From: Perkinsus chesapeaki ATCC PRA-425
Lineage: Eukaryota; Protista; Perkinsozoa
DNA length: 64,000 nucleotides
NCBI GenBank assembly: GCA_013115145.1
Contig: JAAPAO010000039.1
Location: forward strand, 47,730-111,729
Reading direction: 5' to 3'
The position numbers and the translations under genes were made by a program. The stretch's first letter is position 1; each line of letters begins with the position of its first letter. Positions 1 to 12,499 of this stretch are shown in pieces. A model generated the notes under the pieces. It was not told the origin of the DNA. It ran no database searches and worked only from the letters and a program-made list of their open reading frames with translations.

Positions 1-1089
1 CCCTCTCGGTATAATGAGTACAGTCGTAATATGTATGGCGGCGGTAGCTTGCGCCACTGGATTTGTGGGAGCAATTCAGCATCTCTCCCCGACTATAAGG
101 TCAGTCAGCGGAAGGCTATTTCGGGGGTCCGTGGGAAATAGAACGCAGTTCTGGCCCAGAACTATTAAACAGTTCTCAGAACTCCTTGGCCTGAACTGGC
201 CCAGAACTTCTGGGTAGACGCCGGCAGAGTTCTCAGTATCGCTTTCAGTGAGAATCGTACGTTTGACTATATTCGCACCAGGGGAATTTTCCACCTTTCA
301 GGTCGTCCTTTTTTGTTCCACTCGCTGGACGTCTCGGGCAATCTCGGGGGTTACTGGCACTAACTGCGGTATTCGTCTTAGCCTCTCAGGGCAGGTTTTC
401 AACATTCCGAACTCGAATATATGAAGTCACTTACCGGCAGATTCAGAATTAACAGGATTCACATATGCGCACTCGAGGGAATTTTATCAAGCTGCTCCAG
501 GATGACAATACGTCCACCTCATAAGATTACGGAAGACAATCTCTGTATTGCGGATTATCATATATGGGATATTGCAGAGTGTAGCGATTCTAACAAAATG
601 GGCAAGCTAGGACATACAAGTGTGTCGTCAGCTTTCTCTCTGGTGTGGCAATGTGAATTGTATTATATGCATACATTACTCGTATAATATACAGCATAGT
701 GATATATACTAGGAGATGATGGTCTTAGTCTTTGTCTATTCTTAGGAACACTCAACCCTATAAGTGTCTGCTACCGGCCTTCTATCTGCTATTTCTGGTA
801 TTCTTGGTTGTTGCTGGAGTCATGGTCTCAGGGACTTGCTTTGGGATATCTGAGCTCGTCAAGGCTGCCGATTCCGATATAAAGCAGCAGGTGGGTTCGC
901 GAAAATCTTCAAAGTTACTTGAAAAATCTCAGGAATTTGGTTTGTTAAGAGATGTGTTAGAAATGGTTCTTCGAGCTTGAAATATATAACCACAAAGATA
1001 TCTTCGCGTTGAGAGAATTGTTTCCCAAGATGTTGGGGTGTCCAAAAATTTGCCGGAATCTTGCGGTGTTTTCCCGAGCTCTTTGTTAA
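1..1089 (+). CDS. Orphan multi-TM membrane protein, tandem family copy A (5' part outside the window; multi-exon, limits approximate)
   Basis: Exon 746-890 (NTQPYKCLLPAFYLLFLVFLVVAGVMVSGTCFGISELVKAADSDIKQQ|GT) parallels exon 3339-3490 of copy B, including the QQ|GT intron position. Another hydrophobic exon lies at 1-100. Confidence 0.45.
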
Positions 1090-1329
1090 ATGGTTGGTGA
1101 GCAAGCGCATGTATTCCTCCAGAGAACCGGAAAGAGACATTGCGGATCTTGGGGGAAATCGTGTTGACAGATTGAGTTCCGGTTAATGGCATTTTTAGCT
1201 CAACCGAGCTGGCTCATTAAGTGGCGGACAAATCACGGCCGATATCGCGGCCGATCTGGATAAGTGAGATACACCTTGCGGAATCCCGAGGGTGTACGAG
1301 TCGTCCTTAGGTTGGCTGGTCCATTGCTA

Positions 1330-3490
1330 ATGTTATATAATATTCACAATTGTCAAGCAAGTAATGTCACGTGTTCATCCCCCTCGGTCGGGAAGATATC
1401 ATGCTCGAAAGATGCTGGTGAGTTGTGTGACAGTCTTATCATATTATTTTCGTATTGCCGCGGGCCAATTTCCTCTGATATAATAATCTTCCATCACGGC
1501 GCATGGTTTCATTATATTTATGTTGTAATATTTTGCAATAATGATGCTAGAGTAGATTTCTTACGCTTGCGATTCTTGGATGGTCTGTCTGTGTAGCGTG
1601 GAGTTTTCTACCAGGATTCGGCCAACTAATAGTTGGCCTAGTAGAAAATCATCAGTACTATACTAGTATGTCCTAGTATGAAGAAGTTATTCAATCCAAC
1701 TGTACTACTGTATTTACATTCGCTGCAGCTGTCATCGGAGGCGCTTGAAATGCAAGCTTTTACTATTTCTCTCTCCATTCTATCCAAAGGCAAATGGACT
1801 TGTGCTCAGATCCGAATATAGTGTCCATTTTCAACGAGGTGTGCTCAGCGCCTCCTCGCCTGGAGGGGGGCATGGCTCTGGGGTTGACGAGCTGCACGAC
1901 GTGCATCAACAAATACGGACCCAGCCCGGCATCTGAGGTAGGTCGTGATTTCATCATCAGCTATGAAGAAATATAGATAGCGAGTATTTGATAACCCGAG
2001 CAATTGTCTAGGTAGTTCATTTCATTGTAAGCAATTTTCTGAACCCGATCTCCGCAGCATCATGATTAGCGCATGCTCTGTATAGCACTGTAACTCTGTA
2101 CTACAGAGTCTGTAGTTCAAATCTTTTTTCAGGTAATCTGTTTATGTAGCTCTCAAGTGAAGATGTGGATAGATGCAGTGAGCCCTAAGGAAAGGGAAGT
2201 GTGGGTTAGGACGGCCTTCATCAACGTTATCATCGCTGCACTTTGTGCCGCGTTATTGATTGCCTGGATCATTCGAAGGGTAGGCGGAAGCGTTCTGGTC
2301 TATAGCTTATCTGACATTTTCATTTCTAGAAGGCATGCCGGGGAAAACCACCTCTTTCATATTTCCCAGTTCAGGAATAAAAAAATTAATCGAATTCATC
2401 TTGGATCCCGGAGTTCTTAAGTTGATTTCCTTCATCTAGGTTGCCTGTCCCACAGCTCTACAGAGGTCTTCTTGACCTCGATTTGCAGCTGCCTATGTCT
2501 TCAACTTGTTCAACATTTCTTCCTGATGATGAAGAATATTTTGCTTTGGCTTTTCTAATGACGTAATTGGTATAATGTTGCGTTATTAAATATAATGATT
2601 TTGGAGATCGGTTCGTTGGTAAAATAAATACTGAGGAGTTCTTCAGTTGACGGTGACGTACAGTAATGGAACATTCGTTGGTGTTCCCCAGCCAGTTCCG
2701 AGACTTCATCCCCGTATCATGTCCTCAGGGCTGAGGATTAGAAAAAACCACCACCGACACTTGGCGGAGAGTTCCCCTTTTGTCGAAGTAATGTGTAGAT
2801 GATGAGTGTGTATATGTTCCCAGCAATGACAAGGACGCGGTGTGATGGTAATTGAGTAACACTGTAATTACCAAGTAGTGATACTGGAGAAACATATTAA
2901 GACTGTGGTGCACAGACTTAGTATTCTAACATCCGGAGACAGAGCTGAAGAAAGATATTGTGTTAAGACGACATTACACAGAACAGTGCCGTATCCTGCA
3001 CAGCGGAATATATTGACGTTGCCGGGCTTTGGAAGTCTGATGCTAAATTGTATGAAGACTTATATGATACTGATTTATAAAACTGATACTGAATAGTGAA
3101 ACTGCTCATGGCATTCTGAACCATAGTATGTAGATGTTGTATGTAGCATCATCACACAGGAGCCGCGTTTTCTTCCAGGCTCGGCCAGCCTTGTGCTCTC
3201 CATTTACCGATCTCATAAATTCAAATAGAGCCATGATGGAGCTGCGGGAGCGGGAGGGGGTATGAAGGGTGTCCAGTGATATCTACAATATTGGTATTCA
3301 GTATAAGTTATTATTCTGCATGGCTCTCGAGTTGATAGCAAGGACCAATCGATGGTCGATGACCTGCTCGATTTGGTCTTTTCTGTATGTTATATTTCTT
3401 GTACTTTTCGCAGCATTTGCGATCTACTCAACAGCGTACACTTGTGTGAATGCCAAGGAGTCAATTGTCACGCATGTGAGCCCTCAACAG
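1330..3490 (+). CDS. Orphan Cys-rich multi-TM membrane protein, tandem family copy B (multi-exon, approximate)
   Basis: Exons NCQASNVTCSSPSVGKISCSKDAG (to 1417), VCSAPPRLEGGMALGLTSCTTCINKYGPSPASE (to 1937), SQVKMWIDAVSPKEREVWVRTAFINVIIAALCAALLIAWIIRR (2150-2240) and SIWSFLYVIFLVLFAAFAIYSTAYTC...QQ (3339-3490) each end at a GT donor and align with copy A or C. Confidence 0.55.
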
Positions 3491-3789
3491 GTGAGACGTC
3501 TCAATGTGAAGTAGAATTATGAATCTGATATATATAACACTGAAATGTTATTGGTATATTTGATCCTAATATAATAGTAATGAGTGAACTAAACATTTAT
3601 TATTCAATAATAAGATAATGATTATTCGATAATAATAGAACTATAATTTCATAATAACGCAGAAGGACTAGTTGACTACACCTGTGGATCTACCGATGGG
3701 TACAAATATAACTATTATCATTCGACTGTATCATACGCGTCGATGCATCCGAGCTCGAACCGTGCTCGACGAGCAGTGCTCGTGGAAAG

Positions 3790-4933
3790 TCATGGAGTGG
3801 TTTCTAACAGAAAAATCGTAGCTTCTGCGCAAATTGAATAGAAAGTATGTCCCCAGAGATATAATGGAGCGTATGTGGCTTTTGGAAAGATACCGTACTG
3901 TCGGAATTTCGGTAAAGTATCCCCAGCGTAATGGTGAATTTGTGTCTGACTAATTGCTCGATTCTCAGTTAATGGATCTGGCCGCCCATCTTGGCGTAGC
4001 AATCTTTCTCCCTGTTAATCCAGTAAGAGCGTCCTGGGTTGTGGCGATAATAATAGCTATTATCCTCCCCATCGCTGCAGTATTTGGTATCATATACCAT
4101 TGCAGCTCGACAGTGAGGTGAGAAGGGAACGATACTCCGTGTGTGGTAGAGGGAGATGATTTTGGGGAGATGTCTAACAGACCATTTATTCTGCTTTCGG
4201 CCACCCACTTTTCCACGGTCTTCAAAACTCCTTTGAAGCGTGGTGATGATTAATCAATTATTCGAATTGGCCCAACTGATCTCTCTAAAAGCACCAACCT
4301 ATTTGATCCGATTATGCGACGGAATTCTCGTTGAATGCGTCCTCGTTCCTTCAATTTCCTCCGGAAGCCGACACTGAATTTTGGAAGGGACAGAAACACA
4401 TCTGAATCTCCTTTGCAGCTGCTCTCTGAAGTTCTAGTCGATCCTCGAGAATCCCTACGTTCCGGCACTACATCTTTAGATCCACGAAGCCCTGGAAGTA
4501 TATCGTCGGTGGTACCTTCTGGGGCCTCCTGCTCCTCACTTTCGTTGGCGCCCTGTTGGTGGGCGGCACAGGCATCGGTATGTCGATTATTGGCAAGCTC
4601 AGCATGGAGGAAATTCAACGCGTGGTGAGTTGACGGCAGTCCGCTGCTCGGGCGGCGGCGGCGGAGGTGTTTGTCAGATTGAAGAGCATCCGGATATTGC
4701 TTTGGCTCTGATAACTCTGAGGCTCATCAAGGATTATCACGTCACGATTCCGTAAGTTCAAGCATGGCTTTCTCCTCAACCCGTCCGTAGACGGGATCTT
4801 CTGGCAAAGCGTCAAAACGCCGCACTGTTAGAAATAGCTCGTTCAGCCTCAAGATTGAGATTGCGACTATTTTCCTTGATAACACGGTTACCTGCGGACA
4901 TTCTAGGTCTCCGCAGCTCCGCAATTTATCCAT
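3790..4933 (-). CDS. Hypothetical protein (multi-exon, model unresolved)
   Basis: Chain of overlapping minus-strand ORFs (4742-4933, 4615-4815, 4250-4618, 3965-4225) with protein-like composition; no recognisable domain. Confidence 0.3.
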
Positions 4934-5408
4934 CGAAACGAGCCGTTCGGTAAGAAAAATTAAATCACAAATTCAGACATGTGCATGAAATGATACCATG
5001 CTTTGAGGACCTCAGCAATGAGCGATGTTTACTTCTATGAGATTCACTTTTGTCTTCGGTTTCATACTGTAAAACAGTGAGACTAGAACTGGAACTACGA
5101 CAATTGTGCAGCGACGTAACGCGCAAGCTTCCACCGGCTGTTTTTTGTGACAATATTATTTGTTATATTAATAAGATATTAATACTTTCTCTTAATTCAT
5201 AATATTGCTTTGTATTTCTGGAAAAGTACCGCTCTGGTAGTAGCACTGTCGATACGGCGTTATTTCTACAACAAGCACTTTCAAATTAATGCAATTGCAA
5301 CGTAGCAAAGATTAATACATTGTCGACGTTACTTTATTAAACGGCATTATGCGGCATGTGTGTAGTGATAAGAGGGCATAATTTACGCCCTCTTATCGCC
5401 GCACATCC

Positions 5409-6600
5409 ATGTCACTGGTATATGCGTTGTGCAATGGTAACATAGGAAGCCCTTTTCAGAGTTGAGGAGCTCGAAAAGGTCGTGGAAAGATTCACTGAGG
5501 CACGCTGCAGTTCATACCCTTTGGGCATCACCTGCTCAAGGCCCCTCATTCGAGAGATCAAGTGCACCGGGCTGGATGGTGAGGCGTCTGAAGCCGGGAG
5601 TGGTCGCTGCATAGCTCCTCTCAGACCTATCCGAGCAGTTTTCAGACGTTATCACTGCAGTGTGCTCGACGGTTCCCTCGGTTGAAGGATTTCCGCTACA
5701 ACAAAGAGACTGTGCAGCATGTCTGGAGTTGGTTGGTCCTTCAGAAGTCTCCAATGTGAGGGTTGGGTTTTGAACAGCCGTCTTGAGAGCAATTTCGGCA
5801 GTGCTTCGTTTTTGGTGGAACTTACCTCGCCAACTTCTCTTCTACAAAAAGAATAAAAAACCTTTCCCGTCGTCGACTTGTCTTTTATGAAGAAGGAATA
5901 AAAACATCACTTCTGGTCCAGCAGCAGTCCTTTCCCGACTTCTGCCGCGTTGCTGTCCACAAGGAGGCTGATGTCTCCAAGCAAATCTCCATCAGCTTTG
6001 AAGTTCCTTGCCACGGACTAACGTTGAACATCTTCAAATTTTCCAGGTTCTCTGTGCCTGCACCTCGCAACTTCGCGTATGGCTACAAGCCTTTTCAGCG
6101 GAGGACCAGCGAGAGTGGATGATAATTGGCGTTCAGAACGCGGTCATCTCCGGGATAGCTCTCACAGTTCTCGTATCTTGGACAGTCTGGCAGGTATCTA
6201 CCGGGTAGATTCTACCCCCGCACCCCGTGTCTCTGAATCGCCTCTTTTCACTTGTGTAGCGCTGGGGGCATGTTTGTCGTGGTGTGGTATAGGGGGACGT
6301 GAAATCAGTAAGGGGAGTTGCTAATAGTTATATTTCACCGTAGAGCGGCTTAGGACGCCAGAATTGGAAGGAATTTAGACCAATGGAAGCCAGTGAGACA
6401 TCGATTACTGATATTCTGGCTCGCTTTACTACCTCTGTGATGCTTCAGTGAAGTGGCGGTTTCATGGTGGATTTTAGTGGCACACCTGAAATTCATCATC
6501 TTCGAAGTCCTAAGTTCTTGGTAGCCCTTTGGGTAATCCTCTTACATTCCTTCGTTCCGGACTATCGATCACTCTATAAGCGCCGTGAACAGTTATCGGT
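5409..6600 (+). CDS. Orphan Cys-rich multi-TM membrane protein, tandem family copy C (multi-exon, approximate)
   Basis: Exons CSSYPLGITCSRPLIREIKCTGLDG|, VCSTVPSVEGFPLQQRDCAACLELVGPSEVSN| and CACTSQLRVWLQAFSAEDQREWMIIGVQNAVISGIALTVLVSWTVWQ| (to 6193) align with the corresponding copy B exons. Confidence 0.55.
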
Positions 6601-6899
6601 TATGGGAAGGAGTTGGATAGTTACTGTAGGAGTGTGTTTGTTACCATTGCGGAAACGTGGGCCATACAGTATTGTTCATCGATCTGTCAAACTACCAGTC
6701 TGACGATGGAGAACGTATTCCTTCTCCTTACTCCTTTTCTTCACCTCTTTAGTGCGTAATAGGTTTGGGACCAGCAAAGAGATGAATCCAATCTAATATG
6801 ACTGTTTGTTAAAAAGTATTTTTTTCTCCATGCGTGCTTTTCCCCTAAAATTCACCGGCGCATCGGCAGAATAAGCTTGCATAGGTTGCGGAGATTTTT

Positions 6900-7600
6900 C
6901 TTGTTCATTTTTTATTCAGATATGGCATCGGCGGCAACTCCAAGAAGGTGGCTGGCATCGCAAACTCAGTACCTTCACTTGAGTGTATTTAAATTATATT
7001 TATTTCTGTGCTTTGTTGTAGAAGACGTATGTGATTGATTTCATTTTCATTGTCCTACCTTTGGGTTGTCAGTTTGAACAGTGATGAACTGCAATGCTTG
7101 AGTGGACGCATCACTACCGGCACTCTCCAACAGCAACACTGTTGCTTGTTTACCGTGCAGATTCGTGGAAAACCTTCCAAGGATTGTAGCCGATGTCAAA
7201 AGAGTTTGCTGAAACTCTTCACTGAATGTGAACGCTATGAACTTGAAAGATACACAGAAAGGATTGTGTCATGTCGCACTCACAGCGTAGGATACGGTCT
7301 CACCAAAGAATCCCTTCGAAGCTTGGCTGGTGCGACGTTACCTGGCAATGCAATACAGCTTAGTGAACTTTGTAAGGTCATTAATTAGATTATCGAAGTT
7401 GGATAACACCTGAACAAAGAGACAGCGAAACGAAACCACAGTATCGATCCAGTCGAGGGTGTTGCTGGCTGCCACCTCCAGAGAAGTACGAGCATCGCGC
7501 GTGTAGAGTCTACATGATAGTGTCCTCCTTGGCAATAAGTCCTTGCACCAGAGAGTTGTGGAATGGCAGTTAGTATATCGCACGCAACCGGAAATGGCAA
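6900..7600 (-). CDS. Hypothetical protein (several short exons)
   Basis: Exon-like segments bounded by AG/GT: TSLEVAASNTLDWIDT, VLSNFDNLINDLTKFTKLYCIAR, FIAFTFSEEFQQTLLTSATILGRFSTNLH, FITVQTDNPK. Start not resolved. Confidence 0.4.
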
Positions 7601-8483
7601 TCGTTACGCATCAGACGGCTCAACTCGACTCGGCTCCCTTCACTTGCGCAGACATAGCTCAGCACGCCGGAGGGGAAAAGTATCCTTCACAGGAGCCACG
7701 CGGTGCAAGTTAAATTACGACGCAAGTAGCCCGGGGATCAATTCTCATAACAATCAAGATAATGCTGAGTGGCACTTACTAAGTGCTGTCCCTTGGGTTC
7801 ATTTCTCAACCTGCGATCGGTGTTATCGGTGACCTGCCTAGGACATGCGTGCTGTCCCCAAGAAGCGAAGTATCAATTCGTTGCCGGGTGTGTCTCCGAT
7901 TATCTCCACTACTCCAAGTTTTCTAGACGCATATGTTAATGACTATTATCGAAGGCAGTGATCTTGAATATCCAAATTGTTCCAGAGTCCGGAATCCAGA
8001 GTTATGACGAATTTTGGCACGCCGTTACTCTGCAGTGATCAAGATCCAGTCTGAGTGGTCCTGACCTATGAGATCGGTCCTCCTCGTCTCTTAAAGAAAG
8101 ATATATAGATGGGTCAAACGAATCAAAAAGCAAGGCGAAGTATCTTCCACTGGCACCTTAGATCCGCGAATCACATCGTGTGACATCCGAGATGGGCATG
8201 CGTGCGTGACAGGGAGGGGGATTTGTTTGATTGCTTATCAATTACATCTATAATAGATGGTCTATTTCTGAGCTGTAGAAACCGACGCATGCCACTTCCG
8301 TTCCTTCTACTTTACCCGCTTCAGTGAATCACAAGACGAAAAACGAGCCAATGATTTCACTTGTGATAGAGCACACTTACTTTTCGAAGAAGCGTGTAGA
8401 TGGTTTATTCGGCCTTATCAACTCTATCACCGACGTTACCTTTTCCCCTGTTTGTGTCAGCTTCCCGTAAAGTATCAATCTCA

Positions 8484-8639
8484 ATGCGTTTCATCTACTA
8501 CGGTATTATGATGGTGATTGTATCTATGTTCGATGCTGGAATTGTAGAGGCCTGCGATCCTAATGATATTCTCCCGTGTCCTGCCGGCTTCATTTGTACG
8601 AAGCAATTCGGAGACAGATACATATGCGTTAGAGTGTGA
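8484..8639 (+). CDS. Small secreted cysteine-rich peptide (51 aa), paralog 1
   Basis: MRFIYYGIMMVIVSMFDAGIVEA-CDPNDILPCPAGFICTKQFGDRYICVRV: signal-peptide-like N-terminus and 4 Cys; clear paralog at 53718-53870. Confidence 0.7.
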   Translation: MRFIYYGIMMVIVSMFDAGIVEACDPNDILPCPAGFICTKQFGDRYICVRV

Positions 8640-10485
8640 TTGGACACAACCATTGATCGTCTTTGCTGTATAACTGCGTTTTGGTCGCCTTTCCCCAGTA
8701 GACTTCCATCGCAGTCGGTCTCTGTACAGTGGAAGGCCTCTTCCACTGATCCCTACTTTCCGTCTACTCTGCACAGAGCTGCACGAAATGGTCTGGTTCC
8801 ACGAAACCACTTAGGACCATCAAACATACTAAGTATCATCGTCATTAGTCCACGCACTCGAGTGCTTATAATATACGGAGTTGAGTTACAATGAGTGCGT
8901 GGGTAATTAAGTAACGCCACAGTTAAAGGACTTCCGATACGAATTGTGTAAACGAAGACAAGATATATAAGTTGTATCATATAGCTCATGAACGATAGGC
9001 GAGAGCAAGGTTAGTTTCCTCGTATCCACAAGGGCTCACAAGAAACTGGTTTAGTCTAGTCGATCCACTGAACTTCGAAAAGGGTATTCCCGATGCCGTT
9101 TTCCCAGGGACACCAAACACAACGAGTCAAATGTTGTTAGTCAAGATGTCGAACGTCCTTGTTGCAGGTCCCATCGGAATATAAAGTGGCTTTCTGAGAA
9201 AAGCTGGGGACATTCGGAACGTAGACTTGTCGTATCAGGCCTTGTTTGCTCTTTGCACGTGCGTGTATGTGGATAATGTCAATAACAATCACTTACAACT
9301 TGGTCGTTTCAGCAGATCGCAATGTATATCGACCGTTGGTAGATACAGGTATATCGCCTCCCTGGGAGACGATAGGACCTAGGGCCTATGCCTCATGTAA
9401 CTGACATTGCGTGATGAGGGATCATCAGTGAAGCCACCCGTGTCCGAGGCATCACTGTTGCATGACACACTGGATCTAGGATAGTCCCGCGATTCTCCGT
9501 TTTCCTTCAGGGAAGCGGGCCTCCATCGCAATACAGGTATGCAACCCTCTCAGAGGCTAGACAGGATAGGCTAACCCCTTCGGCGGTGGATTGCAAAACT
9601 GCGTTTCGCGGTGTCTACAACTTACAGTATGCATGCTCGTGAATGTTATAGCGGTTGATCAGTCCTCTTGAACCGACTCCGATTCGAGCCTGGGCCAACA
9701 GCCTGTGTACACAATGTGGAACTCACGGGTGAGCCAGAGGCGTTTTATACGAAGTTGTGACATGTCTTGGACTCTAATTTTCTAAATGACACCAAACGAA
9801 CTCGGCAGCCTCAACTTCCAACAATGCAAGTTCGACAATGGTTGGTGAGGGGAGACTTATCGTATCCGGAATTTCTGGCTTTCTCTGAAAAAGACTGAAT
9901 TGGCACTTCATGGCCCCATTGAGATAGTGTCGTGGTTACCAAGCAAGTATTATTCATTTTATCATTCCTCGTGTTATTAAATATCATTGCTTGTTTATCG
10001 TCATTCACTCTCTTTTCTCTCCCCCTAAGACTGGATCTAGCACAACTTTGTGGCGGTACAGGAAACACCAGATTGAAGCATATTCAACTGCTGCCTAATC
10101 GGTTGCTGTTTTACTGTTCTTCATAGCCGCCATTCGTTTAGCCTTCTCCCGGAATTCCGGTACATCCTGAAAACAACATCAACAATTGAGCTCTTTATTC
10201 TCATTAAATTTCCTAACGACACTCGCTGTGTGTGAAGTGTAAAATATTAGCACCTGTATGGTGTATTAAAAACATCGTTAAAATGAGTAAGTGTACGCAT
10301 AGTAAGCATAGTAGTAAAGAAATAGTATAAGCCATACAAGCAGTTTGCTTGAAGGTGAGTAAGCGTATTTTGCGATTGCGTTTATCATTGCACTCACCAG
10401 TCAACTCAGTGCAGATTACCGGGGAAGTTCGGCGGGAAAATTTGCCACAGTTTCGTATCCAGCTTGGATAAAGTCGAACATGCCA

Positions 10486-11949
10486 CTATGGATATCCATT
10501 TCTGTTGTGAATCATCTCAAGTGACATGCCTTGCCGGCCAAGACATCCTCTACTGTTCGGGAGTATCTCCCAGCGATGATCTACAACCATTTCAAAACGA
10601 GCTCTGATATGCCGCTCACAGGAAGTTTTTCGAAACTCGTCATAGCCGTCCCACTCAGCAGCAGCTGGAGCCATTTCCGCATGACCGCAACATATAGACA
10701 GTTGGATGATGAATCACTCACTTCTCCTTTCCGCAACATTCCCGTATCTTTGACGTAAACTGGCGGGGTGATGAACAAATCTTGGAACTGTAGAGCTCGG
10801 TTGAACAACGGCTTCACACAGGAATCATAAACGCAGCTGCACGCCGCAAAATCGTTGAGACACAGGAACACCTGGAGGAGAAAAGTTGAGAGAAAGTCGG
10901 TATGAGGAGGGCACTACCTCAATTAAGGGGCGATAGAAATTATGGTAAGGAAGCCAGAAAAAAACGATATTGAAGAACGGTTCGGCAACCAGAAGGCAGT
11001 CGAAGATCGCCCAGTACATGAGGAGCTCCTGAGAGGAAAACGGTCACAGTGAATTGACGTCCTACTGAAAGATGGAGCATCGGATATACTCCTGGTCACA
11101 GAGTGTGACTCGAACGGGAAGGTTCGTTTAATAATAAGTACGGGACTCATCAGAAATGCCCTCCCGGCCACTAGAACAATCAGGAAGTCCTGCAGTTTCA
11201 TCGCTACGCTGCTAGCACGGAACCGAGTTGGCAATAAAATAATATTATAGGTCCCTCAGCAACTACCTTCAAAAAGTCATAGAGAAATGCTGAAGACCTC
11301 TCGGAAGGAATGTATTTAATGCTTTCTTTCCTTCATAAATATATAACATACTTTTAGGCATGCTCTGCGGCGGCCACTACAGTTGATAAATTCTAGAACA
11401 ATTACTTGTCAAATTTCCATTGTATGTCCTCGACCGAATTAGGAGCACTTTCCAACGCCCGAAGTAGACATTTCCGTGAAGCTAGATGGCCCCCTGACTA
11501 CCTTTCCTGCCGCTGTGATCTCCGATGGTGAATCCTTGGATAGCAACTGCACAGTTCTATATAAAGGATAAACAGCTCCGATCATATTCGAAATCGGAGA
11601 TACAAATACACCAGTTAGGAGTGATAGAACAATCACCAGGTAAGCAACGCCGGCGAGGAGCAGGAAAACCTGATGACCAAACACGTCGTTTGGGCAACGC
11701 GGCTCGGAAATTTCCATTTAAGAAGCTCCGACGGATGGGATTCTTGCAAGTGTTTGGTAGTAAAAAACTGACAACCCTTGCCGCCAATTGCCTAGTGTTG
11801 AAAGATTTGGTTAGGCTGTCACAGTTGGTTCGCGGAAAAACACGAAAATGTGAGCTTAAGGGGCTCGCAAAAATCAAGGGCAATTTTGGGAACTTCCACC
11901 AACTATGATCACAGTACATATCACCGATGAAAACTACGTCTATTGACAT
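10486..11949 (-). CDS. TB2/DP1/HVA22 (REEP/Yop1-like) family membrane protein, multi-exon
   Basis: Family motifs in the expected order on separate exons: ISNMIGAVYPLYRTVQLL (~11540-11590), ELLMYWAIFDCLLVAEPFFNIVFFWLPYHNFYR (~10930-11030), FLCLNDFAACSCVYDSCVKPLFNR (~10800-10870). Both termini approximate. Confidence 0.75.
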
Positions 11950-12499
11950 TTACCGATTTTTATGTATCCCCTCGGAACCTTTTCAGTGGACCTCGTATTG
12001 GTATGGTCAAAAGGCGTTGCTCGTGGAGTCAACAAAGCAGCTTCGAGGAGTAGCTATTGTTATAAAATCATTCGACTTTGCCTTTTCACAATAAATTATC
12101 TTATTAGTTTACACTTTTAGAAATATCTCTATATTACCATTCCTCTATTGGCTATATGCTTGATCGTTTCTCTTACAGTATACCAACAATGGTTATAGTT
12201 CGTAATCCTTATAACCCACTTTTATGCACCTCCCCCATCAGGAGCCTCCACCCTTCCCCCACTACCGGTGTCAAGTGCAACCTCTCCGCCGCGGTGCTGA
12301 TGGTAGCATTACCGCCCAACCGAGCGTTCCATGTCTGAATCCGACCTCCTATATTTTCTTCGAGACTCGACAGCCTTGTGAACAGACTTTCTTCCATCAC
12401 TTTTCAAACTACCAAAGAGCAGGTATCATTCGACCTGAATTAATCATGCTTACAAAAAATATTAAGAAAATTATTTCGATTTTTTTTGGTTGAAAATAT

